This document shows, one piece after another, positions 58,744 to 64,000 of a stretch of DNA of 64,000 nucleotides. Below the pieces are notes generated by a model. That model saw nothing but the letters and a program-made list of their open reading frames with translations. It made no database searches and was not told the origin of the DNA. Source of the stretch: Bacteroidaceae bacterium. GTDB lineage: Bacteria; Bacteroidota; Bacteroidia; Bacteroidales; Bacteroidaceae. Location: NCBI GenBank assembly GCA_017555845.1, contig JAFZFO010000052.1:5542-69541 (forward strand). The letters are read 5' to 3'. The position numbers were made by a program, and so were the translations under genes. Each line of letters opens with the position of its first letter. Position 1 is the first letter of the stretch.

Positions 58744-59946
58744 TCAAATCTTTTCGTCGGGATGACTTGCATAGTATGCGCGCAAAGGTGTCGATGTTAC
58801 CTTGATGAAGCCCTTGGCATCCTCGGCTGTCCATCCCTTCTGAACCTCGCCATACTCGCCCAACTTGTTCTTCACGAGATCATTTGGAGAGTCAACGCCC
58901 ACTGTCTCAAAATGCTTTGGCATAAGCTTGAGGATTGCAGTTCCGGTAACATTACGCTGTGAGCTCTCGAGCATAGCCTCGATGTCGCGCATCACAGGCT
59001 CAAGATACTGGCTCTCGTGCAGGAACATACCATACCAGTTGGCAACCTGATCCTTCCAATACTGCTGCCATTTGCTGAGTGTATACTTCTCAAGGAACTT
59101 GTGGGCTGCAATGATGAGCATAGGAGCTGCAGCCTCAAAACCCACACGGCCCTTGATGCCGATGATTGTATCGCCTACGTGCATGTCACGTCCAATGCCA
59201 TAAGGTGCACCAATCTCCTCGACCTTCTGGATAGCCTTGATAGGATCGCAGAACTCCTCGCCATTGACAGCCTTGAGCTCACCGTTCTCAAATGTAAGGC
59301 GCAACTCCTCCTCGCCCTGTTTCTCAACCTGTTTCAGGTATGCACTGTCAGGCAATCCCTGTGTTGAATCAAGGATTTCGCCACCACAGATTGATGTACC
59401 CCAAAGACCGACATTGTATGAATATTTCAATTTGGTAAAATCGGCACTGAAACCATGCTCGTTAAGATAGTTGACCTCATATTCGCGTGTAAGTGTCATG
59501 TCGCGTGTCAATGTGATGATCTCAACACCAGGCGCACACACAAGGAAGGTCATGTCAAAACGTATCTGGTCATTGCCGGCACCGGTTGAACCATGTGCTA
59601 TGGCATCGGCACCAATCTCATTTGCATAGCGTGCAATTGCCAACGCCTGGAAGATTCTCTCCGATGATACCGAAATAGGATATGTACCGTTACGCAGTAC
59701 ATTGCCATATATCATGTAACGCAGGCTCTTCTCATAATACTCCTGTGTCACGTCAAGAGTCACATACTCCTTTGCGCCCAACTTGTAGGCATTCTCCTCG
59801 TTCTGCTTCAGCTGCTCGGGGCTGAAACCTCCGGTATTGGCGCAAGCCGCATACACCTCATAACCCTTCTCCTTGGCAAGATACATCACTGTGAACGATG
59901 TGTCGAGACCGCCACTGAAGGCAACAACCACTTTCTTCTTCTCCAT
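58744..59946 (-). CDS. argG: Argininosuccinate synthase
   Basis: 400 aa with AFSGGLDTS, HGSTGAGNDQIRF and GRVGFEAA-type blocks. Confidence 0.95.
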   Translation of the reverse strand: MEKKKVVVAFSGGLDTSFTVMYLAKEKGYEVYAACANTGGFSPEQLKQNEENAYKLGAKEYVTLDVTQEYYEKSLRYMIYGNVLRNGTYPISVSSERIFQALAIARYANEIGADAIAHGSTGAGNDQIRFDMTFLVCAPGVEIITLTRDMTLTREYEVNYLNEHGFSADFTKLKYSYNVGLWGTSICGGEILDSTQGLPDSAYLKQVEKQGEEELRLTFENGELKAVNGEEFCDPIKAIQKVEEIGAPYGIGRDMHVGDTIIGIKGRVGFEAAAPMLIIAAHKFLEKYTLSKWQQYWKDQVANWYGMFLHESQYLEPVMRDIEAMLESSQRNVTGTAILKLMPKHFETVGVDSPNDLVKNKLGEYGEVQKGWTAEDAKGFIKVTSTPLRAYYASHPDEKI

Positions 59947-59972
59947 ATATATTGTCTTGTTTTTATCAGTTA

Positions 59973-60536
59973 TTATTTCTTTTGATGTTTAGCGGGATCG
60001 TAGAGCATAGCTGTACAAATGCAGTAACGGCGCTCGGTACGCATCAGTACATCGTGGTTCACACAACCCTCGCAACCTTTCCAGAAAGCCTCGTCATCAG
60101 TAAGCTCCGAGAAAGGAACAGGCACATAGCCCAATTCTGTGTTGATCTTCATTACAGCACCTCCACTTGTCAATCCGAACAGTTTGGCATCAGGCCATTT
60201 CTCACGCGAGAGTTCAAACGCCTTCTGCTTGATGCGTCTCGCCAGACCGTGGCCACGGAACTTGTCCTTTACGATAAGACCGGAGTTTGCCACATACTGT
60301 TTGTTGCCCCAACTCTCGATGTAGCAGAAACCGGCAAATTCATCATCGGCAAGCGCAATGATGGCCTTTCCCTCCTTCATCTTCTGTGTGACATATTCGT
60401 GTGTACGTTTTGCGATACCTGTACCGCGCACCTTAGCCGCTGCGGTAATGGTATCAAGTATCTCATCGACATACTTCTCGTGCGAAGCATTCGCTATAAT
60501 GATTTCAATACCGTCGTTATAGATTTTCTCGTCCAT
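59973..60536 (-). CDS. GNAT-family acyltransferase of the arg operon (putative N-acyl-glutamate synthase)
   Basis: 187 aa. Acyl-CoA-binding motif RGHGLARRIKQKAF. It sits between argR and argG. Confidence 0.8.
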   Translation of the reverse strand: MDEKIYNDGIEIIIANASHEKYVDEILDTITAAAKVRGTGIAKRTHEYVTQKMKEGKAIIALADDEFAGFCYIESWGNKQYVANSGLIVKDKFRGHGLARRIKQKAFELSREKWPDAKLFGLTSGGAVMKINTELGYVPVPFSELTDDEAFWKGCEGCVNHDVLMRTERRYCICTAMLYDPAKHQKK

Positions 60537-60547
60537 TTTCTCTGCTG

Positions 60548-61033
60548 TTAAATATTTGGTATTATGCTTCTCAATGCTCTGAGCACCGCATTCCTTGTCG
60601 CATCCTCAGCGACAACAAGCATCACGGTATCATCTCCGGCAATTGTTCCAAGGATTTCGGGGAAATCGTGGTTGTCGATGTGATAGGCCAACGTACCTGC
60701 ATAACTTGGTTTGGTACGTATTACAGCCATATTGCCCGAGAACTTTATTGACATGAAACCGCTGTTGTCCTGTTGCGCCGCAACCGGACGCACATCATCC
60801 TGTTTTGTTGATTCGTGACGGTGGTGATGAGGGCGTGTAAGCACATATCTGTATCGTCCCTGAAGCCCAACGGTCTTTACCACGCGCAACTGATGAAGGT
60901 CACGCGACAAAGTCGCCTGTGTCAATTTGAATCCCTCCTGTGCAAGAACGCTCAACAGTTCCTCCTGTGAGCCGATCTCCTGTGTAGAGAGTATAAGACG
61001 TATGGCATCAAGACGTGAATTCTTTACTTTCAT
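60548..61033 (-). CDS. argR: Arginine repressor
   Basis: Winged-helix N-terminus (RLDAIRLILSTQEIGSQEELLSVLAQEGFKLTQATLSRDL) and C-terminal GTIAGDDTV. Start set at MKVKNSRLD (61033). The ORF extends to 61144. Confidence 0.92.
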   Translation of the reverse strand: MKVKNSRLDAIRLILSTQEIGSQEELLSVLAQEGFKLTQATLSRDLHQLRVVKTVGLQGRYRYVLTRPHHHRHESTKQDDVRPVAAQQDNSGFMSIKFSGNMAVIRTKPSYAGTLAYHIDNHDFPEILGTIAGDDTVMLVVAEDATRNAVLRALRSIIPNI

Positions 61034-61059
61034 AAATGCATATTTATACTTAAGGAGTG

Positions 61060-61067
61060 CAAAGATA
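61060..61067 (-). promoter_or_regulatory. -7 promoter box (TATCTTTG on the minus strand) for the argR operon
   Basis: Plus-strand CAAAGATA, 27 bp upstream of the argR start. Confidence 0.5.
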
Positions 61068-61120
61068 GGTATATTTAAACAATATCCGCGCCTATTTCTG
61101 CAACAATTTGTAATAAATAT

Positions 61121-61157
61121 AAAAAAACATGCAACTTTTTGCAAGTTGCATGTTTTT
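61121..61157 (-). terminator. Rho-independent terminator after the inositol-3-phosphate synthase gene
   Basis: 11-bp stem ACATGCAACTT/AAGTTGCATGT with a 5-nt loop. The plus-strand A-run at 61121-61127 gives a U-run on the minus strand. Confidence 0.8.
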
Positions 61158-61180
61158 ATGAATAAAAATCGTGAAGTTTC

Positions 61181-62482
61181 TTAATCGAGTTCCTGATCGG
61201 CCTCATATCCGGCGAACTCACGGATCTTGTTCTTGAGCATAGCAAACTGCTTGAAAAGATCGTGTACGGGTTTCTCGCCATCCTTATGCATTGGAGCCTT
61301 GCTGTAGAACGACATGAACTCCTGGATACCCTTCTCGCCTGCGCGCAAGGCAAGGTCACTGAAAAGTATGAGGTCAAGCACCAACGGAGCTGCCAATATT
61401 GAGTCGCGGCAAAGGAAGTTTACCTTTATTGTCATTGGATAACCCATCCATCCGAATATATCGATATTGTCCCAACTCTCCTTCTCATCGCCACGTGGCG
61501 GGTAGTAGTTGATGCGTACCTTATGGTACATATCGGAATAGAGTTCGGGGTACACATCGCTGTCGAGAATGTTCTCAAGAGCCGATGTCTTGCTACGGCG
61601 CTTTGTCTCGAAATTCTCAGGGTTATCGAGCACCATTCCGTCACGGTTACCAAGAATATTTGTCGAGAACCAACCTGTCACTCCCAACTGACGTGTGAAG
61701 AAAGCAGGTGCAAGAACAGTCTTCATCATGGTCTGGCCACTCTTGAAGTCCTTACCGGCAATAGGCATTCCAGTCTCCTCGGCAAGTTCCCACATTGCAG
61801 GAATATCAACACAAAGGTTTGGAGCACCCATGACAAACGGACAGCCCTCGCGCATAGCCGCATAGGCATAGCACATACTTGGAGCTACATTTGCAACATC
61901 ATTGGCCTTCATTGCAGCCTCAAAAGCCTTCACGCTACCATGAACCTCGTCGTTGCGTGGGATGAACTTCTCGGTGCTGGCAATCCATATGACAACCACT
62001 CGGTCGCAACCATTGGCAGCCTTGAAGTCACGTATATCCTCACGCAACTGCTCAGTGAGTTCCCAACGTGTCTCGCCCACCTTCACATTAGGACCGTCGA
62101 TGTTGCTCGCATAGTTCTTGTCGAACAATGCCTTGTATGGCTTGATGGCCTTCAGTTCATCCTTTACAGGCTCAACATCCTGTGGTTTGAGCACTGCTGC
62201 CTTTACCGCAGCTTCATATGCATCGTCCTCGTACAGATCCCATGCACCGAAAACCATATCATTGAGATCGGCAACAGGCACAAGATCCTTTACCTCCTTA
62301 TAGCATTTGTCCTTGCCTTTACCAACACGCATAATACCCTCGCAAGCAAATGAGCCTACAGGGCGAGAGAGTCCTTTGCGAGACATCAGCACACCTGTTA
62401 TGGCTGTGGTGGTAACAGCACCGAGACCTACACACATTACGCCCAACTTGCCATTGGCGGGTTTGACTTTTATATCATTCAT
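61181..62482 (-). CDS. myo-Inositol-3-phosphate synthase
   Basis: 433 aa. N-terminal NAD-binding LGVMCVGLGAVTTT, with blocks SWDNIDIFGWMGYPMTIKVNFLCRDSILAAPLVLDL and NILGNRDG typical of the archaeal/bacterial MIPS family. Confidence 0.88.
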   Translation of the reverse strand: MNDIKVKPANGKLGVMCVGLGAVTTTAITGVLMSRKGLSRPVGSFACEGIMRVGKGKDKCYKEVKDLVPVADLNDMVFGAWDLYEDDAYEAAVKAAVLKPQDVEPVKDELKAIKPYKALFDKNYASNIDGPNVKVGETRWELTEQLREDIRDFKAANGCDRVVVIWIASTEKFIPRNDEVHGSVKAFEAAMKANDVANVAPSMCYAYAAMREGCPFVMGAPNLCVDIPAMWELAEETGMPIAGKDFKSGQTMMKTVLAPAFFTRQLGVTGWFSTNILGNRDGMVLDNPENFETKRRSKTSALENILDSDVYPELYSDMYHKVRINYYPPRGDEKESWDNIDIFGWMGYPMTIKVNFLCRDSILAAPLVLDLILFSDLALRAGEKGIQEFMSFYSKAPMHKDGEKPVHDLFKQFAMLKNKIREFAGYEADQELD

Positions 62483-62582
62483 CGTAGTAAACTGTTTTTA
62501 TTTATTAAGCAAAATAACCGCTTTTTATTGAACTATCCTAAATTTTTGCACAATAGTTCCTAAAAAACGTATTTTTTCATCA

Positions 62583-63923
62583 TCAAAGTGCCTCTTTCAA
62601 TATCTCGCAAACTGTAGGATGCGGGAATACCGTACGCTTCAACTGCTCAACAGTAAGCCCATTGGTAATTGCCATGCATGCAGCACACACGAACTCGCTC
62701 GATGAGTTGCCGAGCATGTGCACACCAAGTACCTTGCCATCGGGCAATACAAGAACCTTGCAAAGACCGGTCTGTCCCTCATTCTCGGCAACAAAACGGC
62801 CCGCGTAGGTCATAGGCAGTTTATGCAGGCTGTATTCAATACCGGCATTTGCAGCCTGCTCCTCGGTAAGGCCGACACAGCTTACCTCGGGGTTCGTATA
62901 TACCACTCCCGGAATGGCGTTGTACTCCATAGAGTCATCAACACCCAATATGTGATTGACAGCCACCTCGGCCTCGCGGCTTGCGGTGTGCGCCAACATA
63001 GAGAAGCCTGTTACATCGCCTGCTGCATATACATTGGGGAGGGATGTCTGCATATAACCATTTACCTTAATGCCACGCTCTACCTCAACCGCAATGTTCT
63101 CGAGACCATAGCCTTTCAATACAGGCCTGCGTCCTATACTTACGAGTATCCTGTCGCCCTCACACTGCTGCTCGTTACCATCGGCATCGGTATAATGGAC
63201 AGTATTGCCTTCTACACGTGTTACCTTGCACTGCAGGCAGAATTTCACACCGCGTTTCGCATATATTCCACGCAGAATTTCACTTACCTCCTTGTCCATG
63301 CCACCCAGTATCTCGGGCATCATTTCAACTACCGTAACCGGAATGCCAAGACTGTTACATAAACTTGCGAACTCCATTCCAATGACTCCGCCGCCAATTA
63401 CCACAAGGCTTGCAGGCGCCTCAGTGAGCGCGAGCATCTCGCGGTTGGTAAGCACAGCCTCATTGTCAACCAAGCCGGGAATTGGCGGCACAAAAGCCTC
63501 ACTACCGGTGCATACAAGCAGTTTCTTGGCGTCGTAGCACTGTCCATCACAAGTAATTACAACGCCATTTGCATCGCCACGTTCAATCATGGCCTCGCCA
63601 CGCACAACGGTAACGTTTGCTGCCTCCATCTTCATCTTGATGCCGGCAACCAACTTGCGCACGACCTTTGTCTTGCGGTCAGCGATCTTCTTGTACTCAT
63701 ATGATACCTCGCCGGCTGTGATGCCATACTTCTTGCCACCCGTCGCGTGATCATACATCTTTGCACTATAGAGCAACGTCTTTGTTGGAATACACCCCTC
63801 ATTCAGACACACTCCACCTAATTCACGTTTCTCGAACAAGACAACACCAAGCCCTGCTGCGCCGGCCTTCTCTGCTGCCACATAACCGGCAGGACCTCCA
63901 CCAATAATAGCCAAGTCGTACAT
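62583..63923 (-). CDS. lpdA: Dihydrolipoyl dehydrogenase
   Basis: FAD motif YDLAIIGGGPAGY, redox-active disulfide GGVCLNEGCIPTK, NAD motif VIGGGVIGMEF, and C-terminal HPT..E. Start set at MYDLAII (63923). Confidence 0.93.
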   Translation of the reverse strand: MYDLAIIGGGPAGYVAAEKAGAAGLGVVLFEKRELGGVCLNEGCIPTKTLLYSAKMYDHATGGKKYGITAGEVSYEYKKIADRKTKVVRKLVAGIKMKMEAANVTVVRGEAMIERGDANGVVITCDGQCYDAKKLLVCTGSEAFVPPIPGLVDNEAVLTNREMLALTEAPASLVVIGGGVIGMEFASLCNSLGIPVTVVEMMPEILGGMDKEVSEILRGIYAKRGVKFCLQCKVTRVEGNTVHYTDADGNEQQCEGDRILVSIGRRPVLKGYGLENIAVEVERGIKVNGYMQTSLPNVYAAGDVTGFSMLAHTASREAEVAVNHILGVDDSMEYNAIPGVVYTNPEVSCVGLTEEQAANAGIEYSLHKLPMTYAGRFVAENEGQTGLCKVLVLPDGKVLGVHMLGNSSSEFVCAACMAITNGLTVEQLKRTVFPHPTVCEILKEAL

Positions 63924-63971
63924 AAGAATCCTATATTGAATATTGCTAATGAGTTTGCTATACCTATGTTG

Positions 63972-63979
63972 CAAACTTA
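63972..63979 (-). promoter_or_regulatory. -7 promoter box (TAAGTTTG on the minus strand) for lpdA
   Basis: Plus-strand CAAACTTA, 49 bp upstream of the lpdA start. Confidence 0.45.
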
Positions 63980-64000
63980 TTAAAAATTGTCTGATAAAAC

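Noticed and set aside
61034-61120. ARG-box operators for ArgR upstream of argR.
   Set aside because: AT-rich near-palindromes are present (AATGCATATTTATACTT and TTTGTAATAAATATAAA). None matches the TGAAT-N4-ATTCA consensus well enough to call without a lineage-specific weight matrix.
61523-62353. Long antisense ORFs opposite well-supported genes. Examples: 61523-62353 (+) opposite the inositol-3-phosphate synthase gene, 22978-23610 (-) opposite dnaX, 7526-8167 (-) opposite ffh, 35288-35902 (-), 45160-45759 (-) opposite prfB, 19124-19816 (+), 59952-60551 (+), 62718-63362 (+).
   Set aside because: They lie entirely inside genes with unmistakable conserved products on the other strand. Their translations are low-complexity or Ser/Arg/Cys-rich with no recognisable motifs, and they lack promoter boxes. 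These are typical shadow ORFs.
1-64000. tRNA or rRNA genes, transposases, integrases, phage genes, toxin-antitoxin pairs, restriction-modification or other defence systems.
   Set aside because: None of the intergenic regions contains tRNA-like T-arm or acceptor signatures, and no ORF shows the relevant catalytic motifs. The window looks like conserved core genome throughout.

Overview
This window reads as a core chromosomal segment of a Bacteroidales (Bacteroidota) genome. Three things support that: many genes are preceded at about 25-90 bp by the Bacteroidetes -7 promoter box TAnnTTTG; start codons lack Shine-Dalgarno sequences; and the gene content is lineage-typical (DUF3256, DUF4254, DUF4292, DUF4831, the GlsA/GlsB glycine-lipid pair, an arg operon with a GNAT gene, inositol-3-phosphate synthase). 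I call about 62 protein genes, nearly all housekeeping. They cover translation (rpsL, obg, ffh, prfB, ybeY, an ABC-F protein); replication and repair (dnaA, dnaX, recF, ruvA-independent ruvB and ruvC, class II RNR, dut); nucleotide and cofactor metabolism (adk, hpt, cdd, folD, folB, ribH, pdxB); fatty-acid synthesis (acpP-fabF-rnc); amino-acid synthesis (thrA, argR-GNAT-argG-argC-argD); and envelope functions (a GT9/GT2 glycan cluster, a flippase, a glucosaminidase, an M23 peptidase). I found no tRNA, rRNA, CRISPR array, integrase, transposase, phage module or recognisable defence or toxin system, so I see no convincing novel multi-gene system. The items most worth a second look are: (1) an unrecognised 748-aa membrane-anchored protein with EF-hand/dockerin-like loops, operonic with obg; (2) a promoter-carrying 84-bp repeat, triplicated upstream of recF, with a further copy upstream of pdxB and a related core at the dnaX promoter; (3) a 25-bp duplication of the ribH 3' end bracketing a roughly 100-nt highly structured insert; (4) two long ORF-free AT-rich spacers flanking dnaA (candidate oriC or regulatory DNA); (5) a DUF4254-GT9-methyltransferase-FrhB-like-GT2 glycan cluster. 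All family assignments come from reading the translated ORFs by eye and none has been checked against a database.
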